64,000 nt of DNA, taken from the NCBI RefSeq assembly GCF_009914755.1, contig NC_060932.1; one strand, written 5' to 3'. Below are positions 23,417 to 35,655 of this stretch, in pieces; position 1 is the first letter of the stretch; the number at the start of each line of letters is the position of its first letter. This DNA comes from the human T2T-CHM13v2.0 reference genome, Homo sapiens. Position numbers and translations under genes: made by a program. Under the pieces are notes generated by a model. The model was not told the origin of the DNA. It saw nothing but the letters and a program-made list of their open reading frames with translations, and searched no databases.

Positions 23417-23908
23417 CTCCAGAAGAGGAGGAGCAGGTCAGAGGTGACCCCAGCGCAGGAGCAGCCCCTTTACTCCAGCCCAGGTGTTGGGGGGGTGGGG
23501 GGTGGGGTGGGTGGTGGGTGGGGCCAGCTCAGACCCCACCTCCTGTGACTCCAGGCCTGGGATGCTTCCCTCCACCACTAACCCACCACCCCCATTCCCC
23601 AGCCCCTTGTTCTGTTGGTGCCATGAGGCAGCTGTGGAGTGAGTGTGAGCCTTAGGCCCCAGGTGCCCTGATGGGGGCCTGGGGAGGGGAAGGGCCAACC
23701 TCAGCCTCCAGACATGAAGGTGGGATGGCGGCTGGGTGCTGCCCAGGAGGCCTGTGTCTTTGTCCTGATGCTGATGCTGGGTAGGGGGGGCAGGAGGGGG
23801 TTCCCTTCTGGGGCCTCAGTCTTGCTGTCTGTGCAGTGGGTCTTAAGAGTGCTTGGGCAGGGGTGGGAGGGTGCGGGCTGCGGGAGCTCTGGAGGGAGGG
23901 CTGCTTAC

Positions 23909-23983
23909 TGCGGAACAGCAGGTTGGTGTCCACAGCATTCAGCATCTGGAACACGGCCTGGGGGTGGTAGCAGATGGTGTGGC
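23909..23983 (-). CDS. MROH5: MROH5 penultimate exon (HTICYHPQAVFQMLNAVDTNLLFR)
   Basis: CAG acceptor, GTAAGC donor, 75 nt. Confidence 0.87.
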
Positions 23984-24181
23984 CTGTGTAACAGACGGGC
24001 AGCTGGTGGCTCAGGGCTCCCTGTCTCCTGGGGGGCTGTAGCCCACCCCTGCCCCTCTTCAGCCCCAAGCTCCTCCTCATCCACCCCCTTTCCTCTCTTG
24101 TGGGTGGTGAGTCAGGGAGGGTCAAGGGTGCTTGGGTGGGGGCAGGCCTGGGGGTCTTTAAGCCCGGCCTCGCCCTCCCAC

Positions 24182-24284
24182 CTATGAAGAGTGTCACCCA
24201 GGTCTTGATGTGGCAGGAGTGGCTGTGCAGGTAGCTGAGGGCCTGTGACAAGTGGATGCTGAATTCCTCCTGGCTGCGGGTCAT
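24182..24284 (-). CDS. MROH5: MROH5 exon (MTRSQEEFSIHLSQALSYL...VTLFI)
   Basis: CAG acceptor, GTGGGA donor, 103 nt. Confidence 0.87.
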
Positions 24285-24484
24285 CTGGCCGGAGGAGAGC
24301 ACACCTGGCTGGGACGGGCTGGGGGCCCTGGGCATACCAGGGTCCTCCAGCCCCAGTTTGCCTTGCCCAGCCCCTGGAGCTGCTATAGCAGCTGTGTGTG
24401 AGACGGGAGTGAATGGGGGAGCCGCAAGCCTGGTCTCCCCCACTCCCTGGCCCTGTTCCTCCCCACCGATCCCAGGCCTCTCAC

Positions 24485-24607
24485 CAGGCAGGTCCAGAGG
24501 AAGTGGCGGGCGCTGAGGCCCCTCTCCCAGGCCAGCGTGCAGAAGAGGGTGTGCAGTAGCCGCCAGCGGAGCAGCACAGCACAGCGGTAGAAGGTGAACT
24601 TGGCCTG
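24485..24607 (-). CDS. MROH5: MROH5 exon (QAKFTFYRCAVLL...FLWTCL), NAGNAG acceptor
   Basis: CAGCAG acceptor, GTGAGA donor, 123 nt. Confidence 0.88.
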
Positions 24608-25270
24608 CTGCAGGGACAGGCGTGGAGGGTCACCCACCGCCTATGTCTGAGCCCTTTCCCCTAGAGGCCACAGGCCTCCATGGGCACTGGAGGCAGCCTG
24701 CTGTGCGGGTGTTCCCTGGTTCTGTCCTGCTTGTGCCCCTCGGCAAGCCTCCCCGACCCTGGCAACAGCACCTGGCCCCCCGGAGCCCAGGCTGGTCTGC
24801 CCGCGGCCCTGGCCCTGCCCCTTCCACGGTTGCCCCGTATCCTTTTCCCCATGGCAGGGAGACCCGCGAGGCCAAGCTCTGACTTCGTGGGCTGTGCACA
24901 GGGCATGTGCTGCCACGGCAGGCAGGGCACAGTCCATATTCACACAAGCTCTGTGAGCTGCTGGACCCCCTGCCCCGTTACAGGGACTGGGGGCACAGCA
25001 GTGAGCAGAAAAGACCGGGTCCTGCCGCATCGACGGCAAGTCTCGCTCGCATGCGTGTGCGCAGTGGGGGAGCGGGCAGGCCAACTGTGGTCACAGAAAC
25101 CAGTGCAGATGGCCAGACCCTCTGCCCGCCACTTGCTGCCCCGTGGGAGCTCCCCCAACTCTCAGGCAGTGCTGCTGCCATCCGTCTGCCCCGTACCCTG
25201 GCCTCCTGTGGGTCCCAGCCCTGGCCAAGGTGAAGGCCTATCACCTGCCTTTCCTGGGGTGGGCACTGAC

Positions 25271-25426
25271 CGTGGCGACAGCTGGGCATTGGTCCTTCAG
25301 GTGTAGGAGCAGGGGCACCATGCTCTGGTGCACCTGGGTCCGCAGGCCGCTCAGCTCCCTGTCTGCCATGGCCGCCACCAGGTCCCCGAACAGTGCCATG
25401 GCTGCCGCCCGAATCCCGTCCCGCTC
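25271..25426 (-). CDS. MROH5: MROH5 exon (ERDGIRAAAMALFGDLV...LLLHLKDQCPAVAT)
   Basis: CAG acceptor, GTCAGT donor, 156 nt; HEAT-like motif typical of the maestro family. Confidence 0.92.
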
Positions 25427-26043
25427 CTGCAAGGCAGAGGCTCAGAGGCACGGCCAGACCTGTCCAGGGGTCCCAGCTTTGGTCCAAGTTGGGACCCCAC
25501 ACCTTGTAGGGGTACAACTCAGTTCTTTCTGCAGGATTCCTTCACCCAGGCTCTCGGCTCCCGGGGAAGGGAAGGGCTGGGGCTCCCCCCTCACACAGGG
25601 CTCTCTGGTGTCCCTGAGGATGTAAGAATCACATCTCCCTTCTACCCACAACTGCATCCTGGCAGCCCAGGCCTCATGAATGCATTTGAGGGGCGCCTAT
25701 CCCCCAGATTCCCCAGTGAAGGAAAAACAGCCACGCTAACCGTGCTGACATGTCAGAAAGCAAATCTGGGTAGGCTGTCGTGGGGCCGGAGACCACTGCA
25801 CTTGGAGACTGAACGTGAGAACTAGTTCAGCCCTGTGGAGAAGGGGTGAGCGCCAGGGGCCCACCCAGCCCACCTGCTCAGCGCCCACCTCAACCGAGGG
25901 CCACAAGCGGGCAGCTCCCCAGGGCCTGGGCCTCCCTGCTTGCAGCTTGGGGTTCCCCCTTTGGCAGAGGAAGGGAGCTGGGTTGGGAGGAGGGTCCTGG
26001 AGGGCGTGAGCAGGAGGTAGCCCCGCCCTGCCCCAGTGCTCAC

Positions 26044-26220
26044 GTCATTAAAGAAGGAGCGTGTGCTGATGGCAACGCCGAGGCTCTGACTCCCTGTGCC
26101 CTGCGCGCCCAGGCGGTGCAGCGTGTCTGACACGGTGCCCATGATGCACACGATCACCTGGTCGCTGCTCTGGAAGAAGCCGTCGAGCAAGGGCCGCAGC
26201 TGTCCCTGGAGCAGGCTTCC
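26044..26220 (-). CDS. MROH5: MROH5 exon (GSLLQGQLRPLLDGFF...TRSFFND)
   Basis: CAG acceptor, GTGAGC donor, 177 nt. Confidence 0.9.
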
Positions 26221-26347
26221 CTGGGGGTGGTGGCGGCTGGTGGGCGGAGAGCACTAGGACCCGCTGGCCCCATGCCCCCGCCTCGTTCTCCCACTTGACC
26301 CCCTCACCCCATCTGCACTGGGTGGGGGGGTGGGGGGTGGTGATTCA

Positions 26348-26688
26348 GAGCTGTGGGTCCCGGCCTGGCCCTTCCCGCCATGGGGAGCTGTGGGTCCCGG
26401 CCTGGCCCTGCCCGCCGTGGGGAGCTGTGGGTCCCGGCCTGGCCCTGCCCGCCGTGGGGAGCTGTGGGTCCCGGCCTGGCCCTGCCCGCCGTGGGGAGCT
26501 GTGGGTCCCGGCCTGGCCCTGCCCGCCGTGGGGAGCTGTGGGTCCCGGCCTGGCCCTGCCCGCCGTGGGGAGCTGTGGGTCCCGGCCTGGCCCTGCCCGC
26601 CGTGGGGAGCTGTGGGTCCCGGCCTGGCCCTGCCCGCCGTGGGGAGCTGTGGGTCCTGGCCTGGCCCTGCCCGCCGTGGGGAGCTGTG
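26348..26688. repeat. 37-bp VNTR, 9+ near-identical copies
   Basis: Unit GAGCTGTGGGTCCCGGCCTGGCCCTGCCCGCCGTGGG. Confidence 0.97.
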
Positions 26689-26742
26689 CCCCTAACTGGG
26701 CTTTGTCCACCAGGAGCTGCGTGGTCTGGACAGGGTGGCCTC

Positions 26743-27028
26743 TTTTCTTTTTTGAGACAGGGTCTCACACTGTCACCCAGGCTGGAGTACAGTGGTGTGA
26801 CCATAGCTTACTGCAGCCTTGACCTCCCAGGCTCAAGCAATCCTCCCAACATAACCTCCTGAGTAGCTGGGTCTACAGGTGCGTGCCACCACACCTGGCT
26901 ATTTTTTTTTTTTGGGTGGAGATGGGGTCTCACTATGTTGCCTAGGCTGGTCTCAAACTCCTGGGGTTGAGCAATCCACCTGCCTTGGCCTCCCAAAGTG
27001 CTGGGATTATAGGTGTGAGCCAACACAT
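26743..27028 (-). mobile_element. AluJ element
   Basis: Diverged Alu dimer in reverse orientation. Confidence 0.9.
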
Positions 27029-27774
27029 TCGACTTGTCTTTTTTTTTTTTTTTTAATTAATTTTCAGCCAGTTCCGTCTTCTCCACTTGATTGCGTGTTT
27101 GCAGTGATTTCCTGAGTTATCGGGATGAATGGTCAGAAAGCAGTGTGCCCACCAATGGATGTTTCCTGCCATTGGGCCCCTTAGCAGTGACTTGGGTGCA
27201 AACCAGGGTGATTTTTACAACTTTTAAACAAGTTTAAAGCAGCTTTGTTGGCTTTCTTAGCTGTTTGCTTTGAAAATATTAAATTCATTTTCAGCAAGTG
27301 AGTCATTCAACAGTTACACTTTCTGAGCATCTATGTTTGCAGCCAGTGTTCGAAGACCAGGGTTCTGGCCAGGTCAGAGCAGGACAACAGAATGAAATTG
27401 TAATGGAAATGGTGAGAAAAGAAAAGAAAAATGCATAGCATGGCGTATTTCCACTCAGAGTGGAGTGGGGTGGCCTGCCCCAGCCACACCTGGTTCAGCC
27501 TTCCCATCCCCAAGCCGGCAGGCCTCCCTGGCTGGCAGTGCTCTCGGGGCCTGTCTCCTCTGGTCTGCTGTGGCTGCTTGCCCATATCCCACCTGATGCC
27601 AGGCGGGGAACCATTCCCTCTTCTCTGGACCTGGTCCTCCTGATCTAGCAGGGCCCTTCTTTGCCTTTCTGTATTCCCTGTATTCAGTGCAGGGTACAGA
27701 GGAGGCACATGGAAACTTCCTACTGATCATTTCCCTGCCTGAGAGAACATTTGGTGCACAGATAACCGAACACT

Positions 27775-28390
27775 GAATGAATGAATGAGGGAGCAAACGT
27801 GAATAACTGGGTGAATGAATAGACATAAAAAGAATGAACAAAATAAATAATGCAAGAATGGGTCACAGATGAAGGACCCAAGGAACAAGTGGGTGGGTGG
27901 AGGGATATGTGGGTGGACGGGGGGATCTATGGATGGATGAATGGACGGGTGAATGAGTGAGTAGATGGATGGAGCCATGGGTAGAGATGAATGGGTGGGT
28001 CGATGGTTGAATGGAGGGATGAATGGAGGAATGAATGGGTGGGTGGATGGATGGAGGCATGGGTGGAGGGATGCATGGGTGAGTGGATGGATAGGTAGGT
28101 GAATAGTTGGATGGGTGGTTGGATGGATGGAGGCATGGATGGAGAGATGAATGGATGGGTAGGTGAATAGCTGGATGAATGGGTGAGTAGATGGATGGAT
28201 GGATGGGTGGAGGGATGAATGGGTAGATGGATGGGTGGGTGGATGGATGGATGGAGGGATCAGTGGATAGATGGGAAGATGAATGGGTGGGTGGATGGAT
28301 GGAAGCATGGATGGAGAGATGAATGGATGGGTAGGTGAATAGCTGGATGAATGGGTGGGTGGGTGGATGGATGAAGGATGGAGAGATGAA
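27775..28390. repeat. (GGAT/TGAA/GGGT)n simple repeat
   Basis: Direct inspection. Confidence 0.93.
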
Positions 28391-29583
28391 CAGATCATTG
28401 AGGAAGTGCTATCTAGTCTCCATCTTCCATTAAGCACCTACTATGCATCACGCACAATGCAAAGAGCTTTGCCAACTGTGACCCTGATGGAAGTCAGTCT
28501 TGTTAACCATGTGGAGGCCTGTGGTTGGAACAGAATCACAGTGAACTAGTCTGCTAGGCAAATGACTTTGGGATCTCTTTGGAAACGACCCCTTCTGCTG
28601 CCTTCCCATGATGACAGTTTTCTCCCACAAGCCCTGAAAATATTTATGTTCATAACAGCCTCCTCCAACAGCAACAGAAATGGGGGCTGGGCATGTCGCC
28701 TTCCCTCTGGGGTCTTAATGCAGCCCTGGGGTGGATGAGAGGAGGCTGAGGCTCCACACTTCCTGATCAGGTGAGAAAATTTCTGCCTCTAACTCAGCAT
28801 TTTCAGGGTGCAGAGTCAGCCAGGCAGGAAGTTTGCTGCTGCTGCCAGCTGGTGCCCCTAGGGCTGACCACGTGCCAGGGACCGGTCTCTGCATGGCACT
28901 CATGACCTGCCTACCACAGGAGGCAGGCATTATTACTGCTCTCGTTGTACAGATGTGGTCACTGAGGCCTGGAGAGCTGACAAAGCCTGCCAGCTAGAAG
29001 GTGCTGGAGCGGGGATAGGTCTAGGGCCTGGACTCTTAACCACTGCATGGTACCCTGGGCCCCCACAGCAAGGGCGATGTCAGTTAAGTGGGGGGCTGTA
29101 GCTGGGGTAAGGGCAGATCCCCCAAAGGCGGCATCGCAGGCTTTCTCTCCCACAGCTGTCCATGATGGGATATGGGTTATTATGGTGATGAGGTAGAATT
29201 GGTTGGGACTGGAGAAGTCAGCAATGGGTTGGGGAGACCCATTCATAAGATTCTCAGAGGGCATTGTCCTCTCTGGGTGAGCCCTGGGATGCCATCTGGT
29301 GGGCTTCACGGTGACCACCTGGAGGTCTGCAACAAGGCCCCTCTCTCTTTCGGGCGTGGAGGAGACTCTGTGTCCGGGGAATAGACACTTTGACCCCTCC
29401 CACAACCTGCCCCATTCTACAGATGAGGAAACAGGCCCAGAGAGGTGGAGTCAGGTGTCCCAAGCCACACCACCTGAAGTGACAGAGCCGGGATTCCAAC
29501 CCGGTGGCCCTTGCCTACACCCGGTGCACCGGCTGTTCTGTGGGGTTGCGTGTGCACCAGCCACAGTGCCCGACAGCCCTTAC

Positions 29584-29727
29584 CTTATCTGGGTGGAAGA
29601 GGATGTTGCTTAGGCCCTGCAGACTCAACACGCGGACCTCAGGGCTGGGGTCGTGGAGGCCTTGTGCCAGCACGGTCAAGGCAGCTTGTTTGGGAAGCAC
29701 CTCCAGCAGGACAGGGCTGTAGAGGAA
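29584..29727 (-). CDS. MROH5: MROH5 exon (FLYSPVLLEV...GLHDPSPEVRVLSLQGLSNILFHPDK), HEAT repeat
   Basis: CAG acceptor, GTAAGG donor, 144 nt; L-x-D-P-x-x-x-V-R HEAT signature. Confidence 0.92.
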
Positions 29728-30500
29728 CTGAGGTGGCCCCCGGGAGGGCAGGCAGGTCACTCTTTTTTAGGCGCCTGCATCTGTGTTGAGGGGTGGGGCT
29801 CTAGGACCGGAGTCCGGTGGGAGTTTCAGGGAGGGAGGCTGACCAGTACCCTCTGGGTATCTTGGTGAACAAGTATCCTGGTTCAACCCCTCAATGTACA
29901 GCTGGGGAAACTGAGCCCCAGAAAGGGAAAGGGCCTTGCCTAAGGTCACACAGCGAGGCAAGGCCTCACTTTTATCAAGAGCCGAGCTTGTGGGGCACCT
30001 GGGGGTAGAGCGCCCATGGAGGGCGGCCTAGGCAGCTGGTGGGTGGGAGCTGGCATGAGGCTTTCGCTTGGGTTCCCCTACTAGTGTCAGTTACGGAAAC
30101 AGCACCCTCCTCGCCCCAGTCCCACCCCTGCCTGAGCTCACAGCTGCAAAGTGTGCCACACCCAGCGGCATCTGCTTCTACCCATTCCCCTTTGGCTTTA
30201 CCCTGAGTCCCACAGGCAGGACAGGGCTGAAGTTGGAGCCTAGACTTGCCTGAGTCTGCACCTAGTGCCCCTGCAACTCTGCAGGGATTGTGCCAGGGAG
30301 GGCCGAGTGGGGAGACAGGTCCCCAAAGTGTGCAGCCCCCCTCCAAGGGCTGGGAGTGGGAAGGCAGGAGTACGAGGGGGTCCGTCTGGGCAGCCTCCCC
30401 AGTCAGGGTGAGCTCTGGCATGGGTTCTGCTGGGGTGTCAAGGAGGCTGGAGAAGGAGGCTCAGACATCTGAGGTGCTCTCTGCTGGCCTGCATCCCTAC

Positions 30501-30615
30501 CTTGGTGAGGATGAGGATGGCCACCTTCCTCTCACGCTCCTGTGGGCTCTGCAGGCTGGGCAGCAGCTGACGCAGCACCGCTGGGATCTGCCTGCAGTGG
30601 TTCTGCACCATGGCC
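30501..30615 (-). CDS. MROH5: MROH5 exon (AMVQNHCRQIPAVL...ILILTK)
   Basis: CAG acceptor, GTAGGG donor, 115 nt. Confidence 0.88.
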
Positions 30616-30993
30616 CTGCAGGGGTGGGCCTGGGCTGGTGGTCACTGCTCAGAGCCCACCCTCCTGCCCCCACCCATCTCATCAGGGCTGGCATCCCGGA
30701 GGGTCCCAACGTGGCAGGCACGTTCCCACTTCCTTTCCACCCACTGGCTGCCCACTGCGTGCCAGGCTTGGGTTGGACATGCAGGAGACAGAGAAGCAGG
30801 CACAGCCCTTGTTCCCTAGGAGGTCACAGGCCAGGGTGAGGGCCGGGGGAAGACACTGCATCAACAGGCTCTGAGCGTGTGCCTGTGACCGGGGGCAGGG
30901 GGCCGTGTCCTGTCACTGCAGTCCAGATACCCAGTCCCCTGGATGGGCGTGGCCTGAAGCAGGCTGCCTCGACCTGCCCTGGCCCCACCGTAC

Positions 30994-31137
30994 CTGGCAA
31001 GGAGGCCCACGCCCTTCGGGTAGGTGTGGATGGTGGTGAAGAGCTCCCAGGATCCCTGCAGCTCCAGGTGGGCAAAGTCATGCCAGTGCCCCGTGGTGGA
31101 CAGCAGGCTCTTCAGTGCCTCCAGTGACGTGCTGCAG
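30994..31137 (-). CDS. MROH5: MROH5 exon (CSTSLEALKSLL...GVGLLA), downstream of the premature stop
   Basis: CAG acceptor, GTACGG donor, 144 nt. Confidence 0.88.
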
Positions 31138-31598
31138 CTGAGCAGAGGGGGCTTAGGGCTTGCCTCAGGCCACAAGCAGCCCCCTGGGCCACCCCCTGCC
31201 CTGGGAAGGGTGCCCACCTGACCCAGATAGAAAGGCACGTTCTGGTTCCTATGCCTGGCGTCACTGAGGCCCCCTGGGGCTACTCCCTCCTGCCCTGTTT
31301 TACGCGGAAATGCTGGGACCCAGGATTGGCGGAGCCGGGCCGAGCATGGGGAGGCAGCATGTGCCCAGTCAGACCCCGGGCCTTGCTTGGGCAGGAGACC
31401 AGGGGGTGCCCTTCTAGGGAGGGGCACTCTGCTGAAGGGCACCTGCCCTTCAGCTCAAGGATGGCAGCATTTAAATATGGGCCAAGAGTATGGAGGGTAG
31501 CAGCGGGCGAGGGCGTGGGAGACTCAGGGCGTGTGGCGTAGCGGAGCCCAGAGAAGTGTCCATTCTCCACTCCTGAGACTCCTGCCCTCAGAGGACAT

Positions 31599-31748
31599 GG
31601 AGAAACCCGCGGCACTGGCCCTCGCTTGTGAGTGACGGAGAAACCCGCGGCACTGGCCCTCGCTTGTGAGTGACGGAGAAACCCGCGGCACTGGCCCTTG
31701 CTTGTGAGTGACGGAGAAACCCACGGCACCGGCCCTCGCTTGTGAGTG
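31599..31748. repeat. 38-bp tandem repeat x4
   Basis: GGAGAAACCCGCGGCACTGGCCCTCGCTTGTGAGTGAC. Confidence 0.95.
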
Positions 31749-32907
31749 CACGGCTTGTGGTGTCACCGTGTGCTTGGTAGTTGCCAGGTACCATGGATGG
31801 TGCCTCACCTGCCCAGCCTGAGGTGGCCCTCTACTGTCGCTGTCCTTCAGCAGAGGAGGGAGCAGTCCTGTCACACAGCCTGGGCAAGGGCACAGAGGTG
31901 GGGTCAAGCTGGGCCCTGGCTCCAAACCTGCCAGTGATGTCACTGTCACAGGATGTCACTGTCACTGAACGCAGTCCCTGGGGCACAGGTAGAAAGCCCC
32001 AGAATGCAGGCCCATGAAACATGAGATGGCCCTGGCTTGCTGGCCTGTCTCACTGTTCCAGCCACACACCCCTGGCCCGGCCCCTGTGCTCGGTCAGTGT
32101 AAGTGCATCACCCTGGATGTGTGAGCATGCCTGGACGAGGCTGTCAGCTTGGACCAGGCACGTTTCTGAGCAGATTTGCAAAACCAAGTGTCAAATGATG
32201 AAATGCCATCCGTGAAAGTTCTGACAGTGCCAATCCAAATGCCAGCTGGCTTGTCCTCTCACCCCAAGCTGTGTCATAAAAAAAGGCAGCATTTTCCAGG
32301 TCACTGGTCTCAGCCATAATGCGACAATGGTTTTCAGAAGAAGGGGACTTGGTGGGGGGAGTGGCATTTTGTTTGCTCTGGGAGGACTCCAGAAGCTTCT
32401 GGTCCTGTGACTTCTTGGGCACTGTATTGGCTTGTTCTTCAAGATTGCCTTGTCCCTGCAGCCCCAGCAGGGCTTCCAGAAAGATGGGCTGATTCAGCAT
32501 TCTTGGGAATCCATGCCCAACTCCCCTGCAGGTCCATAGAACACAAAACCACCTCCAGCCCAGGACCCCCGGCAATGCTCAAGGACATGTGTCTCCTGAA
32601 ATCCATACGCAGTCCCAAGACCGATGAAGGTGGAGCCCCTTGAGTCTCTGCCTCGCTGTGGACTCAAGGAACCATCCTCCGTTCCTGCTGGTCTCAACGT
32701 CGTTGCCTGCCTGCAGCCTCTTTGGACACTTGGCATCCCAGTGATGCCTGCCCCATACTCGACCAACCGTCCTTTCCCCACTCTGGCCCCGGAGAGGGCA
32801 AAGGCACCTGAGAAAGAGGAGGCAAAGCCCCTCTGCTTTCCATACTCCTCCCCAGCCTGAGGGTCCATGAGACCCTCTTCCCTCTCCCATTACCTCCTCC
32901 TCTTCTG

Positions 32908-33603
32908 GTTTTATTTTTAATTGTGGTAAAATGCACATCTCATACAATTTACCGTTTTAAGTGTACAGGTCAGTGGCATTGAGCATATTCATAATATTAT
33001 GCAACCATCACCACCATCCATCTCCAGAACATTCTCATCTTCCCACACTGAAACTCTGTCCCCATTAAACATTAACTCCCCATTCTCCCTCCATCCAGCC
33101 CCTGGCACCCAGCATTCTACTTTCTGTCTCTGTAGATTTGGCTACTCATGGACCTTAAGTAGGTGGACTCACACAGTATTTGACTCAGCAGAATGTGCTC
33201 AAGGTTCATCCATGTTGTAGCATCAGAATTTCCTTCCTTTTCAAGGCTGAATAGTATTCCATTGTATGGATGGACCACACTGCTTATTCTAATTCACCCA
33301 TTGATGAACACTTGTGTTGCTTCTACCTTTTGGTTATCATAACACTGCTGTGAGCAGGGCGTACAAATATCTGTCCCAGGTGCCTGCTTTCCTTTCTTTT
33401 GGGTGTACACCCATTAGTGGAATTCCTGGGCCATATGGTAATTCTATATTTAATTTTTGGAGGAACTTCCATACTCTGTTCCAAAGCAGCTGCACCGTTT
33501 TACATTCCCACCAACAGTGCACAAGGCTTCTGATTTCTCCACATCCTCGCCAACACTCATTTTCTGATTTTTTTTTGGACAGTAGCCAACCTAATGGGTG
33601 TGA
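32908..33603 (-). mobile_element. L1M (L1MB-like) 3' fragment
   Basis: Reverse strand encodes an L1 ORF2 C-terminal remnant ([19 protein letters not shown]) plus L1 3'UTR. Confidence 0.88.
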
Positions 33604-34599
33604 AGTTCCTCCTCTTCTTTTGATCACAAGCCTTTGGCCCCAAATCCCCAGGGGACAGAGGGAAAGATGAAGATGAGATGAGGGTGAGAATGATGAGTGC
33701 CTTCGAAATAAAGAGAAACGATGTAGCCCATTTGAATTAAATAGAGTTGGCCCACATGGATGACGTGTGAGAACAATGAGAATTCCTTTGTGGGGCAGGG
33801 TGGAGACTGGCTGGAGGAGGACCCAGCTGAGAACTGACCAACGCAGGAAACATCTCTAAGGAAAAGGCTTTGTTAGTGGAGGAGCAGGGGAGAGGGAGGC
33901 CCCTCTGGCAGGCCTGGCAGCACCTGTTGCAGTCCTGCCCAGGGAAGGGTGCCCTGCTCAACCCCACTCGCTGCTTCCTGGTCCCAGAGGCCTGTCCATC
34001 TAAGCAGGACATGAGAACTTCAGAGGCCCAGGGCTGGCCCCATCAGGCCTCAAGACTCCCCTGCTGCCCCATGGTGTCCTGTGCCGCCCCCACCGTTTTG
34101 GGCATGCAGAGAGAGTGGCTACTCAGCACTGCTCATCCAGTTGTCCTTCTGGGCCCCTGTCCCCACCTTGACAGTGCCACAGCAGCCTGGCAGGGACCTC
34201 AGACCGTGAGCCACCGGGATACACCTGGGTGTCACTCTGCTCTCAGGCCTCCCTTTCTCCCTGGCTCCGTGGTGGTGCTGGGTGGCATGGCTGCTGGTTT
34301 GGCAACCGGAGCCTGGGCCCCTTCGCGGTGGTCGAAGAGGCCTGGGCCCATGCCGCTCCCTGGAGGGCGTGGGAGCCAGGCCTGGCCAGTCAGAGCCGCA
34401 CAGGCCCCTGTGGCCAAGGTGATTGGTTCAGGATTGGGTATGTGAGCAAAGCTAGGCCAATCAGAGCCCAGGACTGTGCCCGTGGTGAGAGTTTTTTCTC
34501 TTGGGGCTGCGGGAGCTGCCGGGGCCACCTCCAGGGCTCCAGGAGAACCTGCCCGGAGCGGCCTGAGCAGAAACCACCCGTGGCCCCGCGCGAGGCAGA

Positions 34600-35655
34600 A
34601 GTCCCTGCTATATGGGGAGCCTGAGAGAGACAGACAGACGTCCCAGCTGTATGGGGAGCCCGAGAGAGAGACACGTCCTTGCCGGTGGGGGAACCCACGA
34701 GAGACAGATGTCTCAGCTGTATGAGGAGCCCCCAGTGAGACAGACGTCCCAGCTGTATGAGGAGCCCGAGAGAGACAGACAGACGTCCCAGCTGTATGGG
34801 GAGCCCGAGAGAGACAGACAGACGTCCCAGCTGTATGAGGAGCCCGAGAGAGACAGACGTCCCAGCTGTATGAGGAGCCCGAGAGAGACAGACGTCCCAG
34901 CTGTATGAGGAGCCCGAGAGAGACAGACAGACGTCCCAGCTGTATGAGGAGCCCGAAAGAGACAGACAGACGTCCCAGCTGTATGAGGAGCCCGAGAGAG
35001 ACAGACGTCCCAGCTGTATGAGGAGCCCGAGAGAGACAGACGTCCCAGCTGTATGAGGAGCCCGAGAGAGACAGACGTCCCAGCTGTATGAGGAGCCCGA
35101 GAGAGACAGACAGACGTCCCAGCTGTATGAGGAGCCCGAAAGAGACAGACAGACGTCCCAGCTGTATGAGGAGCCCGAGAGAGACAGACGTCCCAGCTGT
35201 ATGGGGAGCCCAAGAGAGATAGACAGACGTCCCAGCTGTATGGGGAGCCCAAGAGAGATAGACAGACGTCCCAGCTGTATGGGGAGCCCAAGAGAGATAG
35301 ACAGACGTCCCAGCTGTATGAGGAGCCCGAGACAGACAGATGTCCCAGCTGTATGAGGGGCCTGAGAGAGACAGACGTCCTTGCTGGTGGGGGAACCCGC
35401 GAGAGACAGATGTCTCAGCCGCATGGGGAGGTCCCAGTGAGACAGACAGACATTCCCGCTGTATGGGGAGCCCCCAGTGAGACAGACAGACATTCCCGCT
35501 GTATGGGGAGCCCCCAGTGAGACAGACAGACATTCCCGCTGTATGGGGAGCCCCCAGTGAGACAGACAGACGTCCTTGCTGTATGGGGAGCCCCCAGTGA
35601 GACAGACAGACGTCCTTGCTGTATGGGGAGCCCGCGAGAGACAGACAGATGTCTC
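34600..35655. repeat. 35/39-bp VNTR, ~28 copies
   Basis: CGTCCCAGCTGTATGAGGAGCCCGAGAGAGACAGA(CAGA). Confidence 0.96.

Noticed and set aside
27727-28437. His/Pro/Ser-rich 236-aa ORF
   Set aside because: Translation of the (CCAT)n microsatellite.
34232-35533. 433, 367 and 192 aa minus-strand ORFs
   Set aside because: Translations of the 35/39-bp VNTR.
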